Source: a bacterium (lineage in GTDB: Bacteria; CLD3; SB21). Taken from it: DNA of 64,000 nt. Shown here piece after piece: positions 18,124 through 28,613 of the stretch. The position numbers were made by a program, and so were the translations under genes. Every line of letters begins with the position of its first letter. Within the stretch, counting starts at the first letter, position 1. Where the stretch lies: positions 62,001-126,000 of the forward strand of contig JABWCP010000008.1 of assembly GCA_013360215.1 (NCBI GenBank), in the 5' to 3' direction. The notes beneath the pieces were generated by a model. That model had not been told where the DNA came from. It saw nothing but the letters and a program-made list of their open reading frames with translations, and made no database searches.

Positions 18124-18795
18124 CTACGAAACCGGCTTCTCGTACACACCTTTGATCAAAAGCCACACACCCAGCGGAATCTCGAAAAGCGCCATCGGAA
18201 TCCACGTATATTGTGCCGTAGAACTTGAAATGAATCCTGCTAAACTAAGTGGCATGCTAAAAATTAGCAGTACCGATGCAATGACTCCCAACCATGCTAA
18301 CATCGTCGGTATCATTTTTCCGCGCAACATCAGTCCGCAGAAAAATAAACTTCCGATGGCAAATAATGTCGCTGCGATCGTGACATTCCATTGACGAATT
18401 TTCTGCAAAAGCGATGCAAATGTTTGTACGGCGGCATTGCTTGTCACGACCTGATCCGATGAACTTAACCACAAAAGGCTCAACGTTGCTGTCATACCCA
18501 ATACACCCAAAAAACTTTCTGCTAAACGAAATGCCAACCCCAAACGCGCAATATCCTGATCTTCATCGCGTGTAATGGCGTATTGCGTGATGGCCAAGGT
18601 TACAGCGACAATAATAACTACAAACGTTAGCAAAAAATTGATCCTGATACGTGCGGCATGCTCGGCCATCAGAATCATACGTTGAGTGATTTCGTCTGCA
18701 GTCGTCACACCGGCGATCATCATCATGGCAATCCCAATGATGATATACAAAAGAAATGCAGCTCCGGCAACACGGGCGTTGGTTTGACGTGTCAT
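18124..18795 (-). CDS. DUF4386-like membrane protein
   Basis: ARVAGAAFL, IPTMLAWLG and FEIPLGVWLLIKG. Confidence 0.8.
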   Translation of the reverse strand: MTRQTNARVAGAAFLLYIIIGIAMMMIAGVTTADEITQRMILMAEHAARIRINFLLTFVVIIVAVTLAITQYAITRDEDQDIARLGLAFRLAESFLGVLGMTATLSLLWLSSSDQVVTSNAAVQTFASLLQKIRQWNVTIAATLFAIGSLFFCGLMLRGKMIPTMLAWLGVIASVLLIFSMPLSLAGFISSSTAQYTWIPMALFEIPLGVWLLIKGVYEKPVS

Positions 18796-18831
18796 AAGTT
18801 TATCTCCAAGGATTATTCATACCTGATCAGT

Positions 18832-19386
18832 TTATTTGTTCGTCAACGATTCCCATGCATTCATATCCAATCCTTTGATCAATAGCCACAGGATCAGTAC
18901 ACCTTCACCGAGCATTCCGGGAATCATATTAAATGGATTTAGTGATCTGGCAAACTCGGGATGAATAAATGTCAACCAACCGACGCCGGCAAACATCATA
19001 AGTGCACCTACGATCTTGGGAAGATACATCGAACGGAATATCAAATAACCGAGTATGAAACAATGACCACCAAAAAAAACTAAGGATTGTATGTAGATCG
19101 TCGCTGCTAATCCAAACAGACTCACGATGCATCCGGAAACCCCGAATAGCGCCGCTGTCAACGACATTGTTTTGTTTATCGGACGGAGAAGATAAAAAAA
19201 TAAAATCGAAACTACGATGTAACATACGGATGCCGTTTTATCCAATACGAAGCCGGTCGTCGTATTTCTAAAAGCCAATGATACCGAACCCATCAGAAAT
19301 ACCAGCAGCCAAAAAAATCCGGCCCATCGTGCTTGATGTTGCGGTGATGATAAATATCTCATTGTTGGCATAGGCTTACTTTCCAT
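18832..19386 (-). CDS. DUF4386-like membrane protein (short)
   Basis: ARWAGFFWL, LGYLIFRSMYLPKIVG and GEGVLILWLLIKG. Confidence 0.78.
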   Translation of the reverse strand: MESKPMPTMRYLSSPQHQARWAGFFWLLVFLMGSVSLAFRNTTTGFVLDKTASVCYIVVSILFFYLLRPINKTMSLTAALFGVSGCIVSLFGLAATIYIQSLVFFGGHCFILGYLIFRSMYLPKIVGALMMFAGVGWLTFIHPEFARSLNPFNMIPGMLGEGVLILWLLIKGLDMNAWESLTNK

Positions 19387-19432
19387 TTTTTTAACTACCG
19401 TTTATTACCGATCATCAATGTTGGTATCCGGT

Positions 19433-20155
19433 TTATAAAATCGTCTGAGCAGCCTCCGGTATTCTTAATCTCTTGAACAACAACCAAAAGCCTAACGTTA
19501 TTTCAAAAATCACCATCGGAGAGTCGAACCACATGGGGTGAACCGTATTCTGAAAATCCGGATAAACGAGAAACACAAAAGCGCAGAATACGCACCATAA
19601 AGACGATACGATGCCGAAAACAGCCAAACCTTTCGGAATATATTTTGACTTAAACCAAAGGTAGCTGCAAATCGTTGACGCTATGGTCCAGAACGGTAAT
19701 CCGATATAGTAAGCGTTGTAACCGGCATCAAGGTGATGGCGCGCCAAAGCTTGGATTTGCTCTACTTCGAAAACATTCAAATACGGTTTTCCGCTCAAGA
19801 GTTGTAACGCAGCAAGCATATTGAGGGCAGTAATACACCACATCACCATCACTACCGATCTGAAAAAAGCCGCAATTAAAGCCAGAATAAAATTGACGGG
19901 TTTGAGAATCACATAAATCGCCGTGAGAAGTATGCCGATCGTTGCGCCATAGAGCAAATTGCAGGCAACATTTAGTCTGAATAATGTTTCATGCGCCGTA
20001 ATATTTCGTGCGGTTTCTACCGCATTGCCAGGAATGCTAAGACGAAAACTGATACCATAATTTGCAAGTACGACGATCACCATTGCAAAAAGGAAGGTGA
20101 AACCAGCCACTTTTGCAGCTTTGTTTTGCATTCCATCGTTATTTACGGAGAGCAT
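19433..20155 (-). CDS. DUF4386-like membrane protein
   Basis: AKVAGFTFL, ETARNITAHETLFR, KSKYIPKGLAVFG and FEITLGFWLLFK. Confidence 0.82.
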   Translation of the reverse strand: MLSVNNDGMQNKAAKVAGFTFLFAMVIVVLANYGISFRLSIPGNAVETARNITAHETLFRLNVACNLLYGATIGILLTAIYVILKPVNFILALIAAFFRSVVMVMWCITALNMLAALQLLSGKPYLNVFEVEQIQALARHHLDAGYNAYYIGLPFWTIASTICSYLWFKSKYIPKGLAVFGIVSSLWCVFCAFVFLVYPDFQNTVHPMWFDSPMVIFEITLGFWLLFKRLRIPEAAQTIL

Positions 20156-20189
20156 TATTCTCCTCCCGATTTACGCGATTGTTTGTTAC

Positions 20190-21161
20190 TCAGTTTTTTA
20201 TTTTCTCTCGGGCTTCATCCGATTTGGAACCGGAGGGAACCAGAGCTATGTAGCGCCGATACTGCGCTTTCGCTTCTTCTATCATGTTTTTCTTTTCGTA
20301 GCACTGCGCAAGATTGAATACCGACGCTGAAAACGTTGGATCCAGTGCGACGGCTTTTTTAAAACTTTCGATGGCTTCGTCTAATTGGTTATTCGCGATA
20401 AAGCCGTCACCAAGACTATCAAATGAATTGGCATTCGTCGGATCCACTTCGGTCAATTTTTGGAATTGTTTCACCGCATCAGCAGGACGTTTTAGTTTCA
20501 CGTAAAGATAACCCAACTGATGATAAGCGCCGGGAAGCGACGGATCGGCCGCTATAGCTTTGAAAAAATAATTTTCGGCAGACGCATCGTCTTTTTCATT
20601 GGTTGCGATCTGCGCATACGCTATGTACCCCCGCGCAGCATTATACTTGACCAGCGCTCCCGCTTGCGCCTTAGCTTTTTCGATACTACCACCCATAAAT
20701 CCGGGCGCCATGATGTAAAATTGAATTAGATTATAACGCGCATCCACGTGTGTCGGTTCAAGTTCGATTGTTTTTTCCAATTGATTGCGGATTTTTGTCG
20801 CCAGATAGGCTTGCTTAATGGGGTTACTGCGCATGGCTCTGACTCCCAGAACGCCGGAATATAAAAAGTGGTATTGCGCGTTGGACTCGTCGTTTTCCGT
20901 GGCCGTCTCGAGAAGTTCACTCGCTTTGTCAAGATCACCGACATAGCGCCAATAAATCATACCCAAGTAATAGTTGGCCTCAGCGTTTTTTTCATTCCCA
21001 TTGAGAATTCCTTCGAATATGGGTTTGGCTTCGCTATACCGCTTATTTTTAAATAATTCGCGACCCCGTTCGATATCCGATTGTGCAGTAACCACAGTGA
21101 TTCCGGAGAGCAGCAGGAGTCCAAACAAATACAACCAAGAGCTGGTAACTTTGAAGTTCAC
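20190..21161 (-). CDS. Secreted TPR-repeat protein
   Basis: Signal peptide, TPR periodicity and an APGFMGGS insert. Confidence 0.85.
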   Translation of the reverse strand: MNFKVTSSWLYLFGLLLLSGITVVTAQSDIERGRELFKNKRYSEAKPIFEGILNGNEKNAEANYYLGMIYWRYVGDLDKASELLETATENDESNAQYHFLYSGVLGVRAMRSNPIKQAYLATKIRNQLEKTIELEPTHVDARYNLIQFYIMAPGFMGGSIEKAKAQAGALVKYNAARGYIAYAQIATNEKDDASAENYFFKAIAADPSLPGAYHQLGYLYVKLKRPADAVKQFQKLTEVDPTNANSFDSLGDGFIANNQLDEAIESFKKAVALDPTFSASVFNLAQCYEKKNMIEEAKAQYRRYIALVPSGSKSDEAREKIKN

Positions 21162-21230
21162 GACGATTTCCTTTCGATGATTATTCGTAATTATTCGTTG
21201 AATATCTTACGAAAGCCGCATGAAAATGTT

Positions 21231-23840
21231 TTATTCCGTTCTCAATCCTTCTACGGGATTCGATTTCAGAATACGGTGTATCTGAATCAAAAGCGACAAC
21301 GCCAGAACAAGAACCAGTGCAAGCGCAGCAATGAAAACACCGGTATAGCTGACGGGCATGTGATACGGGTATGAAGCGACAAGCAAATGCGTTGCAAACA
21401 AATAACTCAATGGCATGCCAACTAATAGCGCTGCACCGTAAAGCAGCGTATAAGGACGCGAAAGAAGAGCCGATATCGAAAAAGCTTCGGCGCCAAGTAC
21501 TTTGCGAATGCTGAACTCTTTTATACGCCCCGTAACATTATAGGTGATAAGGCCATACAGACCGAGTCCTGCCATAGCCACTGCAAAAAAAGCAAATATG
21601 CGCCAAACCAATCCATGAATTCCGATCGTTTCATAATACCGGCCCCAAACATCTTCCTGATAACCGCCATCAAAGGGTATTTCAGGAAACAGGGATGACC
21701 AATGATTTTTTAAAATGCGATACATCTCAGGCTGTGTACCCGGCCGCACTTTAACGGACAGAAAACGCGTAATGTCCGGTGAGGCAACGCGAAATAATGT
21801 CGGCCGTATTGCCGAAGAAAAGTCGTACACGTGGATGTCCTGTGTTACGCCGATCACGCTATACTCCGTACTATCAATACGTAATTTATGGCCGATGGGA
21901 TTTTCTAAATTTAAGTGCTTCACCATGGTCTCATTGATCACGATACTGCGCTGATCGGCTTGGGCTTCGTCAGGAAAATATCGGCCTCTGCTGATGGGAA
22001 TTCCCATGGTCTGAAAATAATGCGCATCAACAAATAATTGATCCACCTCATAAGCTCGTTCCGGTCTCTGAATAAGCGTAGTCACGTGTTTTTTGCCGAG
22101 GTGGTGTGTCGAGCCCGAAATCGAGAGTACATTAGGTTCTTGTAATAACTTAGACCGTAATTGTTCAAATGCGGATCGGTCTGGAACGGCAGTGTATAAT
22201 ACTTCACGATTTTCATATCCCCAACTGCGGTTCGACAAAAAATCAGTATTCCGCGTGAAATCAACGGCACAGGTCATAAACATGCATGCCAGTACCAACT
22301 GGATGGACAGGAGTACTTTAGTGAGAGGATTATTTTTACCAAACCGCACAGAGCCTTTCAGAATACCGGCAGCATGAAACCGTGAAATATACAACGCAGG
22401 ATAAATGCCCGATGCGATACTCGTGACTACTAAAACGACCGCCAAAAAAATCCAAAGCTTGGGATCTAAAAATTCGAAGCCCATACTGAAATGCCAGAGA
22501 TATTCGAATCCCGGAATAAAAATATGTGTCGCGAGAATATAGCCGCCAATCATGGCGAACAATGTGATTACCAAATTTTCAGCTAAAAACTGTACGGAGA
22601 TAACACTGCGCGTGGCGCCGATAGATTTTCTAATACCGATCTCTTTCAATCGTTTGGCAGCGGATACGATCGCAATGTTGATATAGTTAAAGCATGCTAA
22701 TGCCAGCATCAATAAAGTGATCGCCGTGAGATAATAGATAGTAGTGTAGTTATCTTCCGTACTGCGGGAAATATCGTCTCGGATTCGGTGCGCACGCTGA
22801 TGAAGCGTAGCCAAAGGTTCAAAAACAAATGATGTGATAGCCCAGTCGCGGGAAGCGGCAGCATTATGCGCGTTTTGATATGCCGCCATGTTTCGCTGTA
22901 CTATGGAAACATCTTCCGGATGTTCGATGCGTACCAGTGTTGCCTGTACCATAGTTTTCCAATCCGTCACATCGTATGAAGGATCAGCCGATTGGAGGTT
23001 TTCAAAGCGAACCAGAAAATGAAAACTGATCGTACGTGCTTTCGGAAAGGCTTCGGCGACACCACCGACGGTAAAAAGTCCGCTGCGCTCCCCGTCAAAC
23101 TTGATCAGCATGGTTTTACCGACGGGGTTTTCCGATCCGAAATATTTGACGGCCATTTCTTCACTCAGAATGATGCTATTCATATCCCGTAGCGCATTAG
23201 TCTGTCCCCATTTAAGCGGAAACGTCAGCATTTCCAAAAATTCCGGATCGACAAAACGCAGACGTTCATTAAACACCAGATCACCGTATTTGATAATTAC
23301 ATTTCGATCTTCGACGCGACAGGTTTGTTTTATCTGCGGAAAATCTTTTCGGAGTACGGCGCCGAGCGGAGCCGGCGAACGGCCAAACTGCTGATCGGAT
23401 CCGTCCCTATTGGCATAAAACGTGGTGAGATACACTTCATTTTTATGTGTATGAAACTGATCCATACTATAAGTCCAGCGCGAAAAAGCGTACGTGAAAA
23501 TACAAATCCCGATCGCCGCCGAAAGCCCGAAAATATTGATAAACGACTGAAACGGCTGACGCATCAGACTACGGAATGAGATTTTGAAATAATTACGAAA
23601 CATCGCCGGGTGATGCTGGATATGAAATGAACCGATGTGTCTGAGAAGGGACGGCCTGACAAGCGTTAACGCATTCCATATAAAATACATCCGGGCTTTG
23701 AACGCCGACATTTGTTCGATATCGTCGGCAAAAAGTTCTTCCAGATCGCCTTCTATTTCTTCGAGGTATTCTTTTTTTAGAAGAAATCGCAGTACAGTGA
23801 TCGGCCAACGCGGCGGTTGAATGGATTCGGGTGTATGCAT
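21231..23840 (-). CDS. Duplicated MacB/FtsX-type ABC permease with an N-terminal permease-prefix domain
   Basis: EEIEGDLEE prefix, MFRNYFKISFRSL, RLKEIGIRKSIGA, RIKEFSIRKVLGA and NPVEGLRTE; ATG at 23840 follows GAGGT. Confidence 0.9.
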   Translation of the reverse strand: MHTPESIQPPRWPITVLRFLLKKEYLEEIEGDLEELFADDIEQMSAFKARMYFIWNALTLVRPSLLRHIGSFHIQHHPAMFRNYFKISFRSLMRQPFQSFINIFGLSAAIGICIFTYAFSRWTYSMDQFHTHKNEVYLTTFYANRDGSDQQFGRSPAPLGAVLRKDFPQIKQTCRVEDRNVIIKYGDLVFNERLRFVDPEFLEMLTFPLKWGQTNALRDMNSIILSEEMAVKYFGSENPVGKTMLIKFDGERSGLFTVGGVAEAFPKARTISFHFLVRFENLQSADPSYDVTDWKTMVQATLVRIEHPEDVSIVQRNMAAYQNAHNAAASRDWAITSFVFEPLATLHQRAHRIRDDISRSTEDNYTTIYYLTAITLLMLALACFNYINIAIVSAAKRLKEIGIRKSIGATRSVISVQFLAENLVITLFAMIGGYILATHIFIPGFEYLWHFSMGFEFLDPKLWIFLAVVLVVTSIASGIYPALYISRFHAAGILKGSVRFGKNNPLTKVLLSIQLVLACMFMTCAVDFTRNTDFLSNRSWGYENREVLYTAVPDRSAFEQLRSKLLQEPNVLSISGSTHHLGKKHVTTLIQRPERAYEVDQLFVDAHYFQTMGIPISRGRYFPDEAQADQRSIVINETMVKHLNLENPIGHKLRIDSTEYSVIGVTQDIHVYDFSSAIRPTLFRVASPDITRFLSVKVRPGTQPEMYRILKNHWSSLFPEIPFDGGYQEDVWGRYYETIGIHGLVWRIFAFFAVAMAGLGLYGLITYNVTGRIKEFSIRKVLGAEAFSISALLSRPYTLLYGAALLVGMPLSYLFATHLLVASYPYHMPVSYTGVFIAALALVLVLALSLLIQIHRILKSNPVEGLRTE

Positions 23841-23847
23841 ATTTACC

Positions 23848-24174
23848 TCACGTATGAACAAGTCGGGGCATGGAATTCCACAGCCCGGCCCGAATGGATT
23901 TGAGTTCCGATAACACGCGGTGTGCTGCCGGAGTCGCCGTATAAATACGTTTACGTTTACCGCCTCGTTTCTGCGTAGGCTCACCAAATACGGAAGTGAG
24001 ATAACCTTTCTCCTCCATCCGCTTTAGAGCGGATTGGATCGAACCGACGCTCAATGTTTCGTTCAGGCGTTCTTCCAGTTCTCGTTTTATTTCCACACCG
24101 TAGGCATCCTTGCGCAATGCGATCACGGTAAGCAATACCAATTCTTCAAATTCGCCGAGTTTCGTTTTTTTCAT
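23848..24174 (-). CDS. PadR-family transcriptional regulator
   Basis: LGEFEELVLL, AYGVEI, LKRMEEKGY and RGGKRKRIY. Confidence 0.92.
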   Translation of the reverse strand: MKKTKLGEFEELVLLTVIALRKDAYGVEIKRELEERLNETLSVGSIQSALKRMEEKGYLTSVFGEPTQKRGGKRKRIYTATPAAHRVLSELKSIRAGLWNSMPRLVHT

Positions 24175-24188
24175 GATGTTAATGTCTT

Positions 24189-24258
24189 TATATTATTCGC
24201 AATTGCAGACAATATAAATATACAATATCGAATTGCAATATATTATTCGTAATTGCAG
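24189..24258. promoter_or_regulatory. Direct-repeat operator candidate upstream of padR
   Basis: TATATTATTCG(C/T)AATTGCAG at 24189-24208 and 24239-24258. Confidence 0.55.
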
Positions 24259-24530
24259 TTAAAATGTTTCAAAAATTATTTTCTCGTTTTACAGATGCAC
24301 AGATTTTAAGTTGTTTTCAAAATTTAGCCGATTGCTTTAATTATTCTTATAGAGGCGACGTGAAAACCTGTGCGAATTCATAGATATAAATACTGATACA
24401 GATCGTCATACGACTTATAAATAATAATTTTATTCAGAACCAAAATAAATAAGCGAAAAACACACCGATCTATTGTTTTTATAGTGTTTACATGTTTTTT
24501 ATTTTATATTAGGATTAAGGACTCTTTTAT

Positions 24531-24544
24531 ATGATTTATATCAT
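24531..24544. promoter_or_regulatory. FNR/Crp-family box candidate upstream of the nap operon
   Basis: Palindrome ATGAT-TTAT-ATCAT, resembling TTGAT-N4-ATCAA, 108 nt before napD. Confidence 0.55.
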
Positions 24545-24652
24545 TTTTACCTCTTACTTATTTACATACTTTCGATTGTTATTACTCTTCCATTACCATT
24601 CATATCGAAATTAAAATCGTTAAGCATACATACCATATAAGATAGATGTATC

Positions 24653-24919
24653 ATGCCTGTTAAAAGTTATTTAGCATATCCGATGCAAGATCAACGCGAA
24701 GCGCTTGCCCAAGCGCTGAAAGAATTGCCAAACTGCGAAATAGTTCCATCGGATAATTACGATGTTTTTGTCATCGTAACCGATACATCCGATGATGCGC
24801 AAGAAAAAGAAATAGAAGAAAAATTACTTAAAATCGAAAGCATCCGGTTTCTGAGTTTGGTTTCCGGATACGAAGACCGCACCACTACGAATACGAATAT
24901 GCAAGGAGGCTTGGCATGA
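24653..24919 (+). CDS. napD: NapD-like chaperone
   Basis: 88-aa protein with a ferredoxin-fold-like pattern, overlapping the napA start; the call relies largely on context. Confidence 0.65.
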   Translation: MPVKSYLAYPMQDQREALAQALKELPNCEIVPSDNYDVFVIVTDTSDDAQEKEIEEKLLKIESIRFLSLVSGYEDRTTTNTNMQGGLA

Positions 24920-27228
24920 ACCGCCGGGAACTGCTGAAGCACATGGCTACTGTCGCTGCTATGTCCGCAGCCGCATCGTTTTTTCCGGGAATTGTATTTT
25001 CCGGCGAACAAGGTATCGAACGTTTTTTGCCGGATGAAAAATTGGACTGGAAAAAATCGCCTTGCCGTTTTTGCGGAACGGGTTGCGGGCTTCTGATCGG
25101 TATTCAAAACGGTAAAGCCGTCGCTGTCAAAGGCGACCCGGCCAGCGCCGTCAATCGCGGCTTATGCTGCATCAAAGGTTATCACTCTGTGATGGCGTTG
25201 TACGCCAAAGACCGCCTTACCAAACCGCTCATCCGGAAAAACGGACAGCTTGTCGAAACTACAATGAAAGAAGCGCTCGATCTCATCGCGCAAAAGATGA
25301 ATGAATGCATTGACAAAAACGGTAAAGATTCGGTGGCCATTTACGGTTCCGGTCAGTGGACCGTACCGGATGGTTATGTCGCCTCCAAATTTATGAAAGG
25401 CGGTATCGGCACCAATAATCTTGAGTGCAACGCACGTCTGTGTATGGCCAGCGCCGTAACCGGTTTTATGACGACATTCGGTCAGGATGAACCGATGGGT
25501 TGCTATGAAGACATTGATCATGCCGATGTGTACATCCTCTGGGGCAACAATATGGCCGAAATGCATCCGGTGCTTTTTTCCCGAATGCTTGATAACCGCC
25601 TCCGCCGCGGCGCCAAAATTATTGATTTCGCCACACGTACCACACGTACCAGTATGGCCGCCGATAAATCAATCTTATTCAAACCGCAAACCGATCTTGC
25701 TGTCGCCAATGCCATCGCCTACGAACTGATACGCACAGGCCGTATCAATCAGAATTTTATTCAAAAACACACGACGTTCAAAAAGGGTAAAACGCAAATA
25801 GGATATGGTTTAGAAGATAAGTTTGCATTCCAAGATGAACCGCAGGGTGCTTCGTTGGAGGAATACAAAAAATTTCTTGAAGACTATAAACCCGAAATCG
25901 TAGAAAAAGTTTCCGGGGTTTCGGCATCCGATATTCGTTATCTGGCGTCATTCTATGGCAATGCCAATAAAAAGGTTACCAGTTTTTGGTGTATGGGAAT
26001 GAATCAACATACACGCGGCACATGGATTCAAAACCTCGTTTATAACATTCATTTGCTGACAGGAAAAATATCTACGCCGGGAAACAGTCCCTTCTCGCTC
26101 ACCGGCCAGCCCAGCGCCTGCGGTACGGCCCGTGAAGTCGGTTGTTTTACACATCGTTTGCCGCACGGCGAAGTAACCAATGAAAAAGACCGTCAACACG
26201 CGGCTGAAATCTGGAAAGTTCCCGTTGAAAAAATCCCTGCCAAACCTACATATCACACCGTTGAAATGTTTCGCGCTCTGGATCGCGGGGATATCCGTTT
26301 TATGTGGATACAGGTTACCAATCCGATGGTGACCATGCCCAAACTGAAACGTTATCGCGACGGTGCCAAAAAAGAAGATCGTTTTATCGTCGTCTCCGAC
26401 GTCTATCCGACGCCGACCACCGACATCGCCGATGTGATTTTGCCCAGCGCCATGTGGATTGAACGCGAAGGCATGTTTGGTAACTCCGAACGACGCACGC
26501 AGCATTTCGAACAAATGCTGCAACCTCCGGGCGAATGCATTGCGGATGCATGGGCGATGATCGAAGTAGCTCGTCGGCTCGGTTACGGCGCGTTGTTTCC
26601 GTGGGATTCGAAAAACTATGTTGAAGAAATATGGAAAGAATATACGCAGTTTCATCACGGTAAAGATCACGAGATGGCTACGTACGAAATGCTCAAAGCC
26701 AATCCCGGCGTTCTTTGGCCATGTCCCGAGGGCAAAGAAACGAAGTGGCGTTACCATGCCGCCTACGATCCTGCAGCCAAAGGCGATGCGTGGGATTTTT
26801 ACGGCAAACCTGAAGGCAAAGCTTGGATATGGATTCGACCGTATGAACCGCCGCCGGAAATGCCGGACGATGATTACCCGTACTGGCTCAATACAGGGCG
26901 CGTTTTGGAACATTGGCACTCCGGTTCGATGACACGCCGCATCCCTGTATTGCATCAGGCCGTTCCTTCTTCCTACGTGGAACTCAATCCCGACGATGCC
27001 AAAGAACTTGGTATTCGTCATGGCGACAAAGTGCGCCTGACATCGCGTCGTGGCAGCATCGTTATGAGTGCTTCGATCAATGAACGTGGTGTCCCTCCGC
27101 ACGGCATGGTATTCGTTCCGTTTTTTGACGAGTCCCACCTTATCAACGAATTAACTCTGGATGCCTTTTGTCCTATTTCGCGGCAGCCGGATTTCAAAAA
27201 ATGCGCCGTAAAGGTGGAAAGAGCATGA
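24916..27228 (+). CDS. napA: Periplasmic nitrate reductase catalytic subunit
   Basis: Tat signal [16 protein letters not shown]...C FeS motif, [10 protein letters not shown] Mo ligand, [16 protein letters not shown] and DFKKCAVK. Confidence 0.93.
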   Translation: MNRRELLKHMATVAAMSAAASFFPGIVFSGEQGIERFLPDEKLDWKKSPCRFCGTGCGLLIGIQNGKAVAVKGDPASAVNRGLCCIKGYHSVMALYAKDRLTKPLIRKNGQLVETTMKEALDLIAQKMNECIDKNGKDSVAIYGSGQWTVPDGYVASKFMKGGIGTNNLECNARLCMASAVTGFMTTFGQDEPMGCYEDIDHADVYILWGNNMAEMHPVLFSRMLDNRLRRGAKIIDFATRTTRTSMAADKSILFKPQTDLAVANAIAYELIRTGRINQNFIQKHTTFKKGKTQIGYGLEDKFAFQDEPQGASLEEYKKFLEDYKPEIVEKVSGVSASDIRYLASFYGNANKKVTSFWCMGMNQHTRGTWIQNLVYNIHLLTGKISTPGNSPFSLTGQPSACGTAREVGCFTHRLPHGEVTNEKDRQHAAEIWKVPVEKIPAKPTYHTVEMFRALDRGDIRFMWIQVTNPMVTMPKLKRYRDGAKKEDRFIVVSDVYPTPTTDIADVILPSAMWIEREGMFGNSERRTQHFEQMLQPPGECIADAWAMIEVARRLGYGALFPWDSKNYVEEIWKEYTQFHHGKDHEMATYEMLKANPGVLWPCPEGKETKWRYHAAYDPAAKGDAWDFYGKPEGKAWIWIRPYEPPPEMPDDDYPYWLNTGRVLEHWHSGSMTRRIPVLHQAVPSSYVELNPDDAKELGIRHGDKVRLTSRRGSIVMSASINERGVPPHGMVFVPFFDESHLINELTLDAFCPISRQPDFKKCAVKVERA

Positions 27229-27923
27229 ACCTCAAGAAGCTTTTGCTCCCTGAAAACCGCGTGATCTTTATCTCACTGAGCGCGCTTCTGATGCTGTGCG
27301 TCATCGTGATCGTGGGACAAAGCGTCATCCAGTCCGGAGCGGAAGCCTACACACCTTCGGTAAAAACACCGGGCGAAGCGGTGCTTCCGGATGAAGCCGG
27401 TGTTTTTAAACAAAGCGATCAGGCGCTTTATTATCTTGAGACACTCCATCAACAGGGTTCTCGCACACTTGCTGCGTTTTATGAGCGCCGGGCGTTTGAC
27501 GGTGCGCCGCCGGTAATACCTCACGAAGTGACAGATGAACGCAGTGTCGGTGGTAACACCTGCTTGCAATGTCATGAAAACGGCGGCTTTGTACCCAAGT
27601 TTAACGCTTATGCTCCGGTATCGCCGCACCCGCAGTTTTTGAGCTGTCGTCAGTGTCACGTACCGGTTACGACGCGCAACGTATTTCGCGCATCGGGATT
27701 TACGCCGGTGAAACCGCCGGCTATCAATCGTTCCGCTCTGACCGGTGCACCGCCGCAAATACCGCATGACCTTCAGATGCGGGAAAATTGTCTGGCGTGT
27801 CACGGTGGGCCGGCCTCCGTTCGCGAAATACGTACACCGCATCCGGATCGCGTCAACTGCCGCCAATGTCATGGAGCTATCGAAGATAATACCGCCTGGA
27901 TCCGTCCGGCGCCAACTCCGTAA
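27225..27923 (+). CDS. Membrane-anchored tetraheme cytochrome c built from two NapB-like diheme units
   Basis: GAPPxIPH...CxxCH...PHP...CRQCH occurs twice; N-terminal TM helix; ATGA overlap with napA. Confidence 0.82.
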   Translation: MNLKKLLLPENRVIFISLSALLMLCVIVIVGQSVIQSGAEAYTPSVKTPGEAVLPDEAGVFKQSDQALYYLETLHQQGSRTLAAFYERRAFDGAPPVIPHEVTDERSVGGNTCLQCHENGGFVPKFNAYAPVSPHPQFLSCRQCHVPVTTRNVFRASGFTPVKPPAINRSALTGAPPQIPHDLQMRENCLACHGGPASVREIRTPHPDRVNCRQCHGAIEDNTAWIRPAPTP

Positions 27924-27941
27924 TCGCTTAACAAAAAAATT

Positions 27942-28595
27942 ATGCGACAACACATGTTGTTTTCTGCGAATACGCGCATTTCCGAAATTCTACGCACTAT
28001 GACCAGTGCTTGTTTGGTTGTAATTTTTGTTTCTTGCGGGCACGATCACACACAAGGCCTTTTGGAAAAACTAGATACCGCGCCCGCATGGTCGGATTCG
28101 GCCTATATGCATGTCCCTCCGACCACAGATACCTCGGCTTTGCATGCCGTACCACTTGTAGAACGACCTCTGTATGTCGTACCCCGCACGCCGCTAATCA
28201 AAAAATATCCCTGTACGGAATGCCATACCAAGGCTTTGGGACAGATGAAATCTAGCGATCCCTCGGGCCGAAAAGCGCACTGGGATAAAAACCTACAGCA
28301 TGCGACGACCAACGTTCTGCAATGCACTGTTTGTCACGATGAACGAAATTTGAATAACCTGCGCAGCATCACCGGTGCAGTCATCGCTTTTAACGATAGT
28401 TATCAGTTGTGCCAACAATGTCATTCGCGTCAATTCAACGATTGGCAGGGCGGTGCACACGGCAAACGTGTCGGCGGTTGGGCGCCTCCGCGCACCGTAG
28501 CGTTATGTGTCGAATGCCACAATCCGCATCAGCCGCGTTGGGATATACGTTGGCCGGCGCAGCCCAGTCTGACGATGCAACGATTGATCAAATAA
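27942..28595 (+). CDS. Tetraheme cytochrome c, probable lipoprotein
   Basis: CTECH, CTVCH, CQQCH and CVECH; FVSC lipobox; GAHGKRVGGW. Confidence 0.85.
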   Translation: MRQHMLFSANTRISEILRTMTSACLVVIFVSCGHDHTQGLLEKLDTAPAWSDSAYMHVPPTTDTSALHAVPLVERPLYVVPRTPLIKKYPCTECHTKALGQMKSSDPSGRKAHWDKNLQHATTNVLQCTVCHDERNLNNLRSITGAVIAFNDSYQLCQQCHSRQFNDWQGGAHGKRVGGWAPPRTVALCVECHNPHQPRWDIRWPAQPSLTMQRLIK

Positions 28596-28613
28596 TTTTA
28601 TAACGGATACAGC

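Noticed and set aside
23841-23987. Extended N-termini in the ORF track (permease 23987; also 27168, 30904, 42854, 56530)
   Set aside because: They overlap neighbouring genes or lack support. Downstream ATGs with an RBS, gene coupling or family-typical N-termini fit better.
25948-27138. 396-aa antisense ORF inside napA, and other shadow ORFs (e.g. 51446-52174, 27273-27953, 11193-11855)
   Set aside because: They lie opposite well-supported genes, have no motifs, and are expected from codon bias.
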